A program made the position numbers and the translations under genes. The notes beneath the pieces are model-generated. The model did no database searches and was not told the DNA's origin. It was given only the letters and a program-made list of their open reading frames with translations. Of a stretch of 64,000 nucleotides of DNA, positions 48,342 to 63,239 are shown piece after piece. Source of the DNA: Auanema rhodensis (taxonomy: Eukaryota > Animalia > Nematoda); NCBI GenBank assembly GCA_964057225.1, contig OZ059898.1, positions 12,958,001-13,022,000 on the forward strand, written 5' to 3'. The number at the start of each line of letters is the position of its first letter. The first letter of the stretch is position 1.

Positions 48342-51300
48342 TACTGCAGTAGTTAGAAATTAGAGCTACACCTAAATATTCAGATGAGATTCATAATAAG
48401 TACCAACTTCGTTTTAAGGATGTGGCTGTATTATGTTTTATGTTTCCAGGTAACTAATCCAATAAATCAGCGTGTCCCTTCAGAAATTAAATGTTGTTTT
48501 TTTTGTAATTGCTCCGGAAACAAAGCACCAATTTGAACTAGTGTCAGATTCAATTTAACTTCCATAACACTGTAGTCTGGTCGAAGTACAAACATGCCAT
48601 CATAAATCGGGTTAATTTGGTTTAAAATCACATAAAATTATCAGTAATTGTTTAAAACTTATTCAGATCCATTTACTCTGTATACTTGATAGCCCTGTCA
48701 TATCAAGAAAAAAATAGTGATTAGTGATTATACTTGAAACATCAAACTACAAAATCAATCATAATAATCATATTTCACTTTCTGTTCTTTTTATGTTTAA
48801 AAGGATATCGCTTTCTATTCCATACTATTGAAATTCAAAATAAATTTGCATTTCAGCTTTATTTTACAATATTTCACGTGGCAGAATCACGTAAGAAAGT
48901 TATTTAATAGTCATTGTTGCTCACGCATTTGCACGATCGGTTGTGTTTCAATATTTTGGTCATCTTGTTATGTTTTTTTTGTCTTTGTAATGTTTCTCTC
49001 CTTTATATATAGAGATATATACATTTATATATGTATTTCTGAAAAATTGGGAAGTTCAACGATCATCGATTTAGAGAATTTAATATTAATTTTATTTATG
49101 ATATATACATATATATATAAAGAGAAATAGCGACAGAGAGAGAGAGAGAGAAAGATATAGATAGATATGACTCATGTATATTTTTTTACTTTCTATAATG
49201 ACACATTTCTTGATCTATTCTCTTGTTCTCAAATGATTTATGAGAAATTGAACGATAGATGATGTAAGGTAAACCAGCTTTACTGGATTCACCATCATCT
49301 AAACTGAAAAGAATCTCATGATTATCAGAATTCTAATGTTATTAATCTAAGCATATTATATCTATATTATACAGATGTTTGAGCAGTTCTCATCATATTT
49401 CATAATCTTGTCTACATTTTTTTGTGCTTCATATAAAAGCATACATATCAGAGCCATGAGATAAAAAGTTTTTTGGAATTTCTCGATAAGATTTGAGCAC
49501 AATTGTTTTTAAAAGTTTTAACTTGTGCTTTGTTACGTTATCAGTCTTATCGTTCGGTCTTATCAATCACGTCTATTCATCGTGCTTTCATCGGTCTTGT
49601 CAGCTATTGACACACATAATTAGGTAAATCTTAACTAAGTTCATACATACATGATGATGATCAGCCCCTCAAGAGGTAGATGCTGCTGTGCTTACCTTGC
49701 GATCTTTAATTAAAGATATCCATTTCTCATTCCATTTCATTTGTTTTTAATTCATTTTTTCAATAACTTCATAATAATAATAATACCTTAACAGTTCCAT
49801 GAACAGTCAAGTACTTTGGTGAACTTTACTTCTAACATATCAGTCAATATGCAACTTCCTCTCCCCACCCGAACTTCTCCTTCCCCACCAGAACTTACCC
49901 ACCTCCACCCGTGTTCGTAGAATTTTTTAATGCATCACACTGATTATTGTATGATTTTTTCTTTCGATAAATATATTTTTTATTCATAATTGATAGAATG
50001 ACTTCAATCCAACATTTGATCCAAAATGCTACAAGATGAGCAACATCTAATGACAGATGCCGAATAATTTTTTCTTCAAAATGTCGCCGACGGTCATAGA
50101 TACGAAAATGGAACTGTTAATTTTTGTCGTCGTAATCAATGAAGACGATGATAATGAGAGGGCTTGTCATATTTTTCTTGTTGTGTGTTGCTATTCTTCT
50201 ATCAGATTTCTGGTTTATTTGTTCTTGCAAGAGGGCAGCAAATGAGAAAAAGGAAAGGTTAATGCATATGCTGTTTTCGTTCCAACTCTGCATTCTCGCC
50301 ATTGTATGGCTTGATCCGGAAATATGGATGGTTGGTCCATCTAATCAATAGTTTTGATATATCAGTATGAATAATTTATACCTTTGTACTTCTACTAAGT
50401 TTCCTTTTATAAGAAAATGTGTTTTTTTTTTAAAAACCAGGAGTTTCTCATCGATAACCTGATAGGAATAGGCGTGGCATATAGTACGAATGTACGACTC
50501 ATGACGATCATCAAGTACTTATCACATGTAATCTTTCGTTAATTTTCTTTTCTCTTTTTTTCCAAAATAGGACATTATTTGTTTTTTGATCAGCATATTC
50601 CAATACTTGTATTTAAAATAACTTCTATACCCAAAGGTTATCAGCAATAACTCTTCTTGATTATTATCGTTTTCTTCGCCGTTTTCGAAGTTTTATTATT
50701 TTTTTTATAATAATTTATGTTTATATTCATATTGCCTTTCATATACTTACTTATATCAGGTTTTTCTTCATAACAAGGCATATGACAATCCAAACTCGAA
50801 ACGATCCCCCTCTTACTACCACACCTCATCTTAAACTTTGAAGGAAATTGTTTTATCGGAGATGGAAAAGCTGTTGTATCACAAATTTCCAAAACATTTC
50901 TAAATATGTTTTTTCATTCATTTGCTTTTTCTTGCAAATTATCTTTCTTAAAATTACAGGAAAAATGCTAAAATCATGGGCATTGCTTATCAATTATTAA
51001 ACTTGGGTTCCTAATGTTTTGTAAATAAAAAAACTAAAAGAACGTCGTTTTATATTATCACTTAAACGATAATTTTGATCAAAAAATACAATATTGATTC
51101 TAATATATAGATTTGCGTATAATTGGATCATGAATTTAGTTTCTAAATAAAGAATTTGTTCGCTATATCTTGACCTCGGCTTCGATAACATTTGGTCATC
51201 TAACTGTATATTAGCGGCCGATTCGAGTCTCTTCCAGCAGCTTATCGTGCTCTTAATTTGATCTTGGAATTGTTTAGAACTTCATTGTAAGAAGTCAAAG

Positions 51301-51594
51301 CACGATGACAGTCGTAGCACCATGGGCTGAGTCACCTGTTTTCCTTCCTTATTTCCCCCCCCCCTCTCTTTTCCTTCTCCATCTTAGTCTTCTTCGTCGT
51401 CGTCTTCATCTTCTTCTTTCATATCATATGTCAGGCAATTGAACCTCTGTCATAGATTCTTTATTACAAATGCTACTGATGACCGTATTTTTGGATTAAT
51501 TTTACATTTGAGCGCATATCATCACGTAGTTTAGCCAGTTTCCGATGTTATCATGGAAACTTTTTGTTTTCCCAAATGGTCCATTATCATAACG

Positions 51595-52255
51595 TCATAA
51601 ATGCCCATTTTCAACATCGAGAAGTTGTAGATAAATTCTAAATATACAACATATGAAATCCTTAATATTGTTCGAGAACTTCCGAATGATCTCCGCCGTC
51701 GTCCAGCAAGAAGCCAGACCGACATCTAGCCATAAACCATCACCCCCTATTAACTGCTCAGTAACAAAGCGATGAAGCTGCGTCAGACGTGTTTTTGGGA
51801 TTACCGTACACTGATTTGTGAGAAAAAGCATGTCAGTGGAATTCGAAGATGACCATAGACGTGTTCTCATGTCTACGGACACTGGGTGGTGTGTTCAGCT
51901 GACGCAGTCTGCCTTTCTACAAGCAAAAATGGGAGTATTTCATGGTCATCGCATATCCAACTACCTGTTCCTTTTGAATTAAGCGTAGACTAAATAGTGA
52001 CGTTAACGGTTCATCAAGCGTGTACGGCAGAAACATTGATGTTCTGATGTCATTGTTCTTCAGAACATAGCATATGAGTAAGATGTCAGAAACTGAAGCG
52101 AAATCAAGATGGTTTGGGTGTGAGAGAGTCAAAGACGAAGCTAATACAGAGATCATGAAGAAGGCAACCGGATACGGAAATGATTGATTAGCAAGTAACT
52201 GGTTTCCGATAATAATTGGAACAACATGATCGTCATGCTTACCTCCATGCTCCAT
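51595..52255 (-). CDS. Small spliced protein of unknown function (~100-125 aa)
   Basis: ...MFLPYTLDEPLTSLFSLRLIQKEQ|KGRLRQLNTPPSVRRHENTSM|CTVIPKTRLTQLHRFVTEQLIGGDGLWLDVGLASCWTTAEIIRK|IYLQLLDVENGHL*, joined by 42-48 nt GT-AG introns. The start is either ATG 52255 (MEHG|) or the internal Met near 52036. Confidence 0.55.
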
Positions 52256-52950
52256 TCACGAAATGCAACATGAGCCTTTTTATTGAAAAAATAAAGCATA
52301 TGATAGTATGAGAAGATGATATCATCTTCTTTCTTATTATATTCTTTTTATTCTTTTGAACAAGAAAAAACAAGATATATCTCTTCCTTCCGTCTCATAC
52401 AAACTCGCCCTCCTCCCTTTCTCTGTCACCCTTTTCTCTTAAGATGTTCTTTGTGTTTTTGACAATCTTGATGAAGCAGAGAAATGAAAAATGTAGACGT
52501 TTTACACTAATTGTATTCATTTGCATCTTTGCTTAGTACAAGCTGCTTTCCTAAAAGTCTGATCAATCTTAATCTTCAACCTCGCCATGCCGTAACCTCT
52601 GTACAGTTTATACTTCAAGTTTTCAAGCACAAAAGTTTCAACATGCCATCGTTCAATTTTTCATCTCTTCTCTCATAACAACTTTTTTCTTCCTTACGTA
52701 TATGAATAAACCGTCATATTCATTAGATAAAAGATATAAATATAACGTTTGTCATGAGAAACCTGGTTTCGAATTGAGAGAAAAACGAAAAAAAGGAGAA
52801 AAGGAGAAACATGACTTCTTACTAATCGTTATCATCCATTATACCTGGCTGTCTCTTTTCGACAATCATTGTCGGCATTTCCTTTTCATCCGTGTCACTG
52901 TCACAAAAACTTTTCTGCTTTATTTCAGCCCGGAAAGAGGTCTCTGTTAG

Positions 52951-55817
52951 ATGGTTCTTCCTAATCGGAGGCTTTTCCTGATCGTTGCTGTGATATCATT
53001 CTGTTCCAACTGGCAATTCGCCTTTCAGGTATGCTCGATGTTCACAAATTGTACTTGTCCCATCATCCAACCTTATTACCAAATTCTAACTGATCTTGCC
53101 TTTACTCTATATGATAGTAAGCGAGTTAGTTTATGAACTGGACAATGCTCTTGTCAACGCATTTCTACCAGAATCACATAACATAACCGGAGTAAAGTAC
53201 TTTTTACTATAAAAATTTCCGACATTTTGTACAATTTTCAGCCAAAACTTTTAAGAAATTTCATTTGATAATATTGGAAAGGACAAATCAATTATCACAT
53301 TTAGCATAATTCTTTTTCTAATACAAATACAATATGATCATCAATCAAAAATATCATTGACCTTGCTCTATCATATATTTTACATATGTTAATTGAAGGT
53401 CAGCATTTGTATCTTAACAAGAATATTTTACAACAAAAAAAAAAGAAATTGAAGAACATCTGAAAAATTTTTCATTTTTCCAGATCACTTATGTAAACAC
53501 CTCAGTCAAAACATTCTATGATCTTGCTAATGAGGGTTATAGAACTGGACATGGTGAGATGAAACTCTATTATAAATCCTTCATATCATCCTTTCTATCT
53601 TTAGACTGCCATTTCTGCTGGTTACCAGCGGAATCTTGGTCTTCGGCATGGAGTACGATAGTTAGTAGCTTCTATCCTGGAAGTATTGTAGGATTTTTAC
53701 TGGTAATAGCTATACTCATAGAAATCATATTCAACAGCGTTAAGCATGTTTCAGACGCCAGCTCTTACCTCGCAAGTTGGGGTAAAAAGAACACAAATTC
53801 TCATGTGTTTGGCAGCTGTATTAGGATGTAGTGTTCATTTTTTAGCTCCTCAGCTTTCTGTATATAAGAGTAATAAAGCCAAAATATTGAAAATGAAAAT
53901 GTAAACATGATGATTATTATAGATGAATCTGCTGTTTCTCTTGTGTTGATCATAGGAAGATTTTTAATTGGAATTCAAGGAGGTATATTTCGATATTTCC
54001 GGTATTTATCCTCAATAACCAGCGTTTCATTTAAGGTTCCTCTCTCTGTTTGTTGCCTTTGTATATTATTGAAGTTTCTCCTGTGGAACATCGTGCATTT
54101 TTGAGTACATTCCAGGTGTAATCTTAGTTCCAACTTTCACTCGTTCACTGATTAGTTTCAGCAAGTCTCACAAGCTGTGGGTACATTTTTGGGACTAGTT
54201 ATAGGTTCAGAAGACCTTCTTCCCCTGGGTGTTAATAGGTACAAATCTAAAAAACTGAAGCATTCGTCAATTGATAAGATTTAGGTTTTTATGGCTCCAA
54301 GTATTCGCCATTACACCAACGCTATTATTTTTAGCTGTACTTCTTTTAACTCCTAAAACACCTCACCAAACATATAAAAACAATCGTTCCAGAGAAGAAG
54401 GTAACTTTACAAAAAAACCTTTTTACTTTAATTGAATTATCTAGCGAACTTCTTTTCACTTTTTCTTTACTTTATTTTTATTTTTTTCAGTTATCAAAGT
54501 GATTGAATACTATCACGGAAATGATAGAGAGTTTGAAATTGTTAAACGGGAATGTTCCAGCCTTGAAAAACGTACTGAAGCAGAGAATAAGAATAACGAA
54601 GTTGAAGGAACAAACAACTGGTATGCTCAACCGCTCAACGCGTTTGCGAAAATTAAAATGATTACAAACCTTTAATTCTTTTTTGAAATATGCTAATTAC
54701 TTTACAACACTACTAAAATGCCAATCTTCTTCAAATAATCTACGAACAAATAAACAAGTTTAAACTGCAGGTGTGGATGCAGCAACATACCTTGGGCAAC
54801 ATGGAAAGGATTCATGATCGGATCATTAGCAGCTATCTCTTATGGATTCACTGCAGACGATCTTGTAGATACTTTTTCATCTCAAATTCTTAATGTATGT
54901 TTCGAATTCACGCCTTTATAATTCATCTTCCCTCTCGTATTCTTAGAATTCAATCAAAAATGATGCTCGAACGGCTGATTTAATCTCCGTAGGATTTGGA
55001 CTAATCCTTGTTATTAGCAGTTTATTCGGTACAGTCTTGGTAAGACAATAAAGTGAAGAAAAGTTTTCCAACGATTATTCACAGATTGATCATTTTGGAA
55101 GACGTAAACTTCTCCTTTTCGGATTATTCGGAACTGCACTTTCGAATTCATTGGCCATCATTTTCCCTAATGATGCCATTCTTGTTACAGTTGGCTTTGC
55201 CTTAACTAAATGTTTTATTGGATTGGGGGCTGGTGCCCCCGCATGGTTTTTGACTTCTGAATTGGTTAGTTCCTTTTTGAAATTAAAACTTAACAATATA
55301 AACAAAAACAAATCGAAATTGAATATTTGAGAAAGATTAAAGCGGCAAAACCCTTTGTTGACTCACTTGTTAATTTAGATTTCACTGAAAATCCTTTACA
55401 GCAATCTTTACTCGACTTTTAAATGTTTACAGGTTGAACCAGCTCATGTTTCTCTCTTCCAATCTTTATCCACGGGTCTTTTATTAACTTCAAATATGCT
55501 TGTAACCTTTTTCTATCTCCAACTTGAAATGCTCATCGGAAGTCTTAGGTTAGTTTTCACATCGCAGAATTCCTGTTCAATCTAAATATTTTTAAGTGTC
55601 TTAGCCTTAGCTTCTGGACCAGCCTTTGTTTTGGCTACGTTGTTGTTAGTCTTCTTGCCTGAAACAAAAGATAAAAGTGTCGATGAGGTGAATACTCAAA
55701 ATAGAATTGACTAATGACCATCCTTTTCAGATACAAGTTCTTCTTCGCGATAACACTTTCTCAGCTTTTCCTCAGAAGAAGCCAAGCCCCCAAAATCAAA
55801 TCTACGGTTCCATTTGA
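52951..55817 (+). CDS. Major facilitator superfamily sugar-porter (SLC2/GLUT-like) transporter, divergent
   Basis: SFCSNWQFAFQ|ITYVNT, WSTIVSSFYPGSIVG, LIIGRFLIGIQGG, YIIEVSPVEHRA, TPKTP, IDHFGRRKLLL, GLGAGAPAWFLTSEL, LPETKDKS; ends QIYGSI* (TGA 55815-55817). Confidence 0.9.
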
Positions 55818-56198
55818 CCTCTTTCTCACATTGCCTGTTATATATAAAGCTATTGAATAAGATTTCAACTTCATGACCAGACAAAATTGAACACGGAACA
55901 TAATTACAAAACAGTTCTTATCGAATCCAGGCGATATTAAAATTCAAAAGTAACGTTATGAACACGAAATTGATTGACAATTGCCTCAATAACCACCCGC
56001 GTAACTTAAACTCTACAATAATGATCCTATAACTTGTCGCAGCATAATAAAGAACATAGAAAGGCTGTGTAGGATATAGAAGCATGCAGATACAGATGGG
56101 GATCATAAAAATGTTAATGAGAAAGAGGTCCTGTTATATATTGTAAGAGATAAAACATTATGCTAAAGGTTGAACTATTAGCACATAATTTACAATTA

Positions 56199-59100
56199 TT
56201 ATAAATAGATATATGTTCTCTGATCCTTCTCATCTCTAGCCATATACTCGCGTTCAATTAGAGCTTCAATACGCTTTTTGATCAGGGCTGGTGATGAGTG
56301 GAAGCGATGCTTCAATTGATCAATTACCTATAAACAAACTTATTGACAACGTATAATTGATATGTGCAAACCTCAGTAACAAGATTGTTATGGACGCACT
56401 TTTTCCTAGCCTTCATGATACGAACGATCGCAGCTTCAACTTCCAACTTACGATCTTCTTCAATCTAAATAAAATGCTTAATTATAAGAGGCAACGATGA
56501 ATACAAACCTTATTTCGTGTTTCTTTTCGCTCTGGTTCGGTTTCTCCCTTCGAAGTTACTAGTTGTATTTTTATTCTGGTTAATTTAGAAGTAAAACTGT
56601 CGTTAACAAAGAATTCATCTTTTGGTTCTGCAACAAAAATGCTTTAAAAAAAAAGTTAATCATCGAACTAACCGATTTCCTTCCCAACTCCCTTTCTGCA
56701 TAAAACTCTCTGGGTCGTTTTACCCATAGCAAGAGATTGTAAGTTCCGTTTTAGATCCTTCTCAGGTATATGAGTATCAGCCTACGATATAACAATATAA
56801 CTAATGTGCTTCAGCATAATATCTCACCAAAATTTCAGCAAATGTCAATTTTTCTTTTTTGTTGAATAATAATAAAATAACCATTTGATATGTATTGTTT
56901 GTTTGTAAAATCTTAATCTCTTCCTTTCTAACAACGGCAGAACTTGACGCACCGTCTTCCTGAAAAAAAAAAGAAAGAAAAAATGGTCTTTGTTCTAAGG
57001 AAAAAAATACGAACCTGTTGACTGAGATCGTCTCTATTGGCAGATCCTCCATAGAAAGTAGCCTTAATATCAGCACAACCAAGAGCAGTGTTCAATGTAA
57101 TCTTGCGGCCATTATGTTTGGATGTGTAGAACTCTTGGAAAGTCTTGAAACGAAATAATATTATAGAAGATAAATTTTTCTTTACTTGGAAACTAGTAGT
57201 ACAAAGTTGAGGCAAATAGCACTGAGTTGGGACTTGGGTAGGCCAAACACCCGCAGTAAGTACACGGACAGTAATGTCAACAGGATCTTTTTCGCGAATC
57301 TGAAAGAAAGAAAACTTGTAAAAAGTACAACCATGAATTGTATACAGTTTGCACGTCAAATCGTTCACGATATGAGCGGAAATCAGCAGCATTTGTACCC
57401 CAAAGTTCCTTATCGCGGAACATTCCTTCTAATTTTTGTGTAAATTGGCACCCACATTCAGTCTATAATTATTTGAAACTCCGGAAAGAGACAAGCTTAA
57501 ATAAACCTTTAACTTTGTTATCATAGCATTCTCAGCTTCATCAGATATACTCTTATCGAGCAGCAGCCTTCTCGCCAAATGTTGTTTATAATACCTTAAG
57601 ATCATAGAATAAAAAAAGATAATTGGAAAAAGAATACTTTTCAAATGCATCCTTTTCTTGTAAAAATCGGAATAGCACCATTGACTTGTCAAGAAGTTGT
57701 TCAAGTTCACTGTCGTTCAACTAGAAAAGCCATTTACTTATTCCAAATGAAGCACTGTAAACTTACATCTTTACTTCCCTTTCTTAGCTTATCATCCATA
57801 TACAATGACAAAAACTCAGCACTTTTCGTTGTCTAAAAATAGACAGCATAATAATACTCAAAGAAATCAAGAGAAAAAACATACTTTGTTAAAGAAGCTT
57901 TCAAAATCATTTTGAATTTTATGTTTAAAAACTTTATCATTACCAAAAGCCATAAGCAAGAAATAGTCGAACTTCTCCTTCAAGTTGATTAATGCCTAAA
58001 AAGAAAAGAAACTATACATAAATCCAATAGATATACCTGAATGAAATTAACGGGATTTCTAATTAATTCACCATCTTCAGCAACGATATCTTCACCGAGT
58101 TGACGAAGATGCCTTAAAGGCTTACATTAGCAAAGTAAAAAAGCAAAAATATTACTTGCTCATAGCAGCAGTGATTACACTGAGTCCATTTTGTACTCGT
58201 TTCAGGAGGCGATATAACCGGTTCAAATCTTCAACCTAATATAAACATAAAATTCATAAGAAGAAAATTGGAAGAGGAAACATGCCTTGTCGTTAGACAA
58301 CATAGCTACCACACCACTATTTTCCATTTCTACAATTGTTCTCATGTGCTCTGTGATTAATTCTCTATCCAAAACCTGAAAATATTAAAAGCATATGAGA
58401 CACTAAACAGCATTAAACGAACATCTAAAATCTTCGTCTCAGTAGAAGGATCTAAGCAACGCTTAGCCCTAGCAGTTTCTGCTTCGATGCATTCTTCAAC
58501 CTAAAATCCAACACTTTAAATTTGTTTTTGTCACACACTAATCACCTTCTTAACATAAACACTGGCACTGTTTTCGCTCAAAAATTTTTGGCTGGCCTTA
58601 CGATAATATTCGGCCGATTCCTGGAATCAATTTTAATTTTACAACTTGAATATTACCAAAAACTAACATTAAGGAATGGAGTTTCAAAATCAGTCTCATA
58701 AACTTTTCGATTTTCAACACCTAAGGCTACCAACATTTGGCAGGCATTCTTGATGCCCATCCTTGAAAATGACAAATATAAATTATAAAAAAGTACAGTT
58801 TTCACATACCAGTTATCAGAGTTTCCCTTTCTTTGTTCTGCAATTAGCTGAAGTAAAGTTTTGCGAAGATGCTCGCTAACATTATTCTGACGGACAACTT
58901 CGTCTCTGTAACAATAATAGTAAAATAATTAATAAAATAAATTTACCTGAAAATTGACAACCCCAAATGATACACGGGTTCAACATTGTGTTGTTGTACA
59001 TAGACGCGATCCATATACATAAGGATATCCCGAATCATAACCTGATAATATCAAAGTGATAAATCAGGAAATCAATAAAGAATTTACCATAGCAGTAGTA

Positions 59101-59591
59101 TGATCTATCCAAGCTTCGTTTAAAACTTCGAGGAATCTACCCCCATGGATAGCATCACCTACTTTATTTCTGATCTAAAAAAACAATATCCTAATTAGTA
59201 AAAACTATCAAAAACACACGTGTTCTATAAGATGTAATTGAACAACATCTCTGAGGCCATTATATAGTTTTTCACCATGTTTATGAAGAACCTAGAATTT
59301 ATGAATTAAAAAGATATATTCATTTTTACAAACCAATGTGTAAGCATTTCGATAAAGTTCCTCAAAACTTAAGCCAGAATTGTTTTTTCTTTGAATTTCT
59401 TGAATAGCTGTTTTAAGAAGTTCCCATGTCTGCTGAACATTTCTTTCGTCAACATTATTCTAAAATTAAAATATATGTGATTAAATTTATAAATTAATGA
59501 AGAGAATATATATAAATGGTAAAAACCGTACAGGGAATGCGCGGATCCTCATTCGCCCTGCTTGAGCTTGCCCTGCCAGGGGCTTCTGCAT
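56199..59591 (-). CDS. cul-3: Cullin-3
   Basis: MRIRAFP|...[42 protein letters not shown]; [14 protein letters not shown]; [24 protein letters not shown]; [16 protein letters not shown]; [10 protein letters not shown]; neddylation region [12 protein letters not shown]; [18 protein letters not shown]. Confidence 0.97.
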
Positions 59592-62500
59592 ATTTCTAAA
59601 AAAATTAATTCGGGAATTAAATTTAAATTAAATGCAAATTATTAATTCTAATGAACAGTTAAATAGAAGCCCAAAAGTGATAGCGTAATTCACACCAGCG
59701 ATTGACCGGGTTGTCACTTCAATAGTGCAAAAATGATTTTTCGACTTAGTCACGTGAACCTAGTTTAGTTGTCAAAGAAATAGGTATTTGCAACAAAATT
59801 TTTAAATATTCGGGATATATAGGGACAAAAAGATAAGGCATTTTTTGTAACTTGGAATTTAGATTAAGATTTGAAACATGCGGTAAACTTGGCAGTTTCA
59901 GGCTCAGGTGATATTATTCCTAGTTTAAAAAAACTGGATTTCAAATGAGAGCATAAATAAAGTACCAGAACGCAATACATAATATTATTTTAGAATTATT
60001 ATGGAAATAAAAATATGTATCTTCTCTAAATTAAAAATTGAACTGCGGTTACTTGCACAAATTATGAAAGACACTCGAAAAGCGCCAGCATCGAAATTTT
60101 TTCTGGCCAGTCTTGCTAGCACATATTCAAATTCAATTCACTTGAAGCAATTGCTATATAGCCGTTAGTTTCATATGCAGCATCGTTTTCAATTAATCAA
60201 TTATGCTATAACATTAGCTATCAAAGCATCGCTTAAGTCTATCTTTCCATTTCTATGGAATTTATAATAATACATAGTACTTAAGTTATGGTTGTTCTCA
60301 GTATTATTTGTAGGATCTTAGGTTGTCAACAGTCATAAATTCACCTAAATTTGAAAGTAATATATATGTATATATATATTAGTTTGAATTGAATAGTTTA
60401 CTGTAGTGTCTTCCTGGTTCAAAACAAGCTTTTTCGTAATTTGGGTTGTTGTGACGAGGGAGAGGTGAAATTTGCTATAAAAGTGATTCATGACAGAAGC
60501 TGTCACGCGGACCTGGACAAACGCTAAGCTTATTACAGTTTTTTAAGTAAAAGATTGGTGATCTATACAACTATTTAGTTATATCATAAATAATCGTAAA
60601 GATAGTGGGGATATAGCAATTAATGGTACTTAACTATTAGAAATAATCAGCCTATCTAGCAATGTCGTAGAGTTTAGTAAGTGGTTATCACCAGGACCAA
60701 TCAAAACGATTAATGTTACCTGTGAATGAAGACTTATTAATCATCTCTGATAGTTGATTATCTTATTTTTTGGTTTTGAAATGATTTAGTCTAATTTAAA
60801 ACAAAAACTAGCCTATTATCTGTCGTTTGGATGAAACAGAGTTGGTCAGTAAATAACAACTAATTGGCGATATGGAGAAATAACTTAAATTAAATATTTT
60901 ATAATATGCTGATATGTATTGTTCTTTCTTCCATTTATTTTATTTCTTAGATAACGCAATTAAAATAAGCAGAATAGGTTGATATACAATGAATCATAAT
61001 ATTTTTTTTATAGAAATAAATATTATTTTCTCTCGCCTATTAAATCTCTTGAATTATTCTTATGAGGAACAATTAGTTCTCAAAGAGAAGTTGAGAATAT
61101 ACTTAGGATTTGATTGCTGCTTTTATAAAACAATTATTTTATTGTACCTGATGACCACCTGTTGACTTCTACTATATATGAATATAAAATGAAATATAAA
61201 TGAAGTAAGTTGATGGAATTAACAAAAAAACACAAAATTCTAAAACTACTAAATATTTGTATAAAGAAAGTGTGATGTGTATAAATAAAATTTATATAGA
61301 AATGTACATTAAATAGATCAAAATGATCAGGTTTACGTTCTTGGAACTTTTCACGATGAGTAGGTATATGATGTTTAGAGTTCAGTTCAATGTTTGTTGT
61401 TTAGCTCATAATATGTTAATATAATCTTTAAGATTTGATTATTCAAACATGAATGATGCAGCCTTTGCTTATATGTTATCTCTCTTATCAATAAGTTTTG
61501 AAAGACAAAAATGATTTTATTTATTAGAATGTATTTGAATAAGTTGTAGTATGTTATCGCTGAGTAAAGTACATTATTAAGGTGTGAGAAATACGTGAAA
61601 GTCACGTTAATATATAGCACATATCATTTTTAAAAATTGGCGCAACAATACGGTTGTTCTTTGAGTTTTAAACTCCTTTTGAGCCTTTCTCTCAAAAGTG
61701 TTTGAAACTCAAAATTCAAGTTATATATTCTCCTTCTCCGCCTCCACTATTACATAGTCCAGGTATGACTGTTACTTTTACTTTACGTTAATGATTCTAA
61801 GACTTGTTAAAGAGTGAAATCCCTCTGTCTTAAAAGAGAAAGGTTAAAGTTTTACATTTTAAATATTAGCAGCTTAAGGGTTTAATATAATACGATTCTT
61901 CAACCATCATAGAGCTGGTTCCTTTTGGTCGTTTCACTACATAACTAGCTATTCATAGTTGCGTCTTCTATTGTGTTTCAAGTGCAGGCGCTATTTGAAC
62001 AGCCTGTTCCTTAGCTCATCCATACATGAAATCAGGAAATGGTCGCTCATCTTCATCCTCACACCTCTATCTATGTATATCCATGTACATACTACCTAGG
62101 ACTTTGTCTGGTTGGCAACTTGAGGTTCTTCCAAGACACCAGGTTAAGAGAACAAATATGGGCCTATTGCGCAGTTCTACTAACCAAACTAAGCTTGTCT
62201 TGATTCATTCTCCTTGTAATGTAATAAAAGCTTTCGCATTGATAGTAATTACCATTTAAGGGTCCATATTAATGGATGAAACTCGTTTCCCATTCAATCT
62301 TTATGTAATAAGACTGCTAATCTCCCGTTTATCCACTGATGGACGGACCTTAACCTATAGGAGCTATAAGGTTCATAATACCTCTCACTTAAACTTCTTA
62401 TTCGTTGTATTTTTTTTTTGAAATCCATGTTACTACTATTCCTATGCGATTCTTCTCATTCATGGGTGCTTCATGCTACAGCAAACTAGCTAATAGCTTT

Positions 62501-63239
62501 TTACTAATATCTCCAAGTTCATTTTTTCAAAAATTGTTTCATAGTAGTTAATCAGCTGTATATTTTGTCTAAGCTAGTTACAACATTAGCAAAAACGTTT
62601 TTAATGTTTAAAGCAACGCGTTATGAAGAAAAAAAGAGACTTTGAATCATCTTTTGACTGTATTCATACATGGTAATGTGTTCGAATTCATTGTTATGGC
62701 GCTAATTCATGCCTCAATGCTAATGTACTTCGGTAGGCAACCGGAATACTTTATTCTCTTTATCCAGATTTTTTTTTGAATGAATCATAATTAGCAAAAA
62801 AAATGTCTAGTATCCAGGCAATTCGATTTTAGGAAATTAGTTTTTAAATTACAAGTTCTTACTTCAAGCTGTCTACTAAGTGATAATGAAAGTTTCCAAC
62901 TGTTTTTCCCGTTATTCAGCGTTCTATATCATCTATTTTTCTTTATCTACTTTTATCTTCACAGCTTTGTGTCATTTCTCTGAATTACTGCGGATGATGA
63001 CGTAATTATGAACTTTTTGAAAATTTTCTTCTGCCACTTGTTTACTCCTTTTGATATAATTTGAAATCGTTTGCAAAAAAAAAGAAGCAAAAAGAAAAAT
63101 TGTATCGTATTCTTTGTAAAAGATGCCAAAACAGCATTTCAAATATCACGAAACCACTTTGGAATGTTTTGTGAATTAAAAGATTTACCGGATAAGTTGC
63201 TTTTCGACAGTGTAATTAATCAGTTTATCACGCGGCTTA

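Noticed and set aside
49990-50900. Overlapping short ORFs on both strands
   Set aside because: No coherent splice model or recognisable motif
51244-51346. miR-29/83-like seed TAGCACCA and a nearby 8-bp inverted repeat
   Set aside because: No complementary arm forming a pre-miRNA hairpin
61900-62360. GC-richer block with a 77-aa ORF, possible retroelement remnant
   Set aside because: Frames interrupted; no RT, integrase or LTR features recognised
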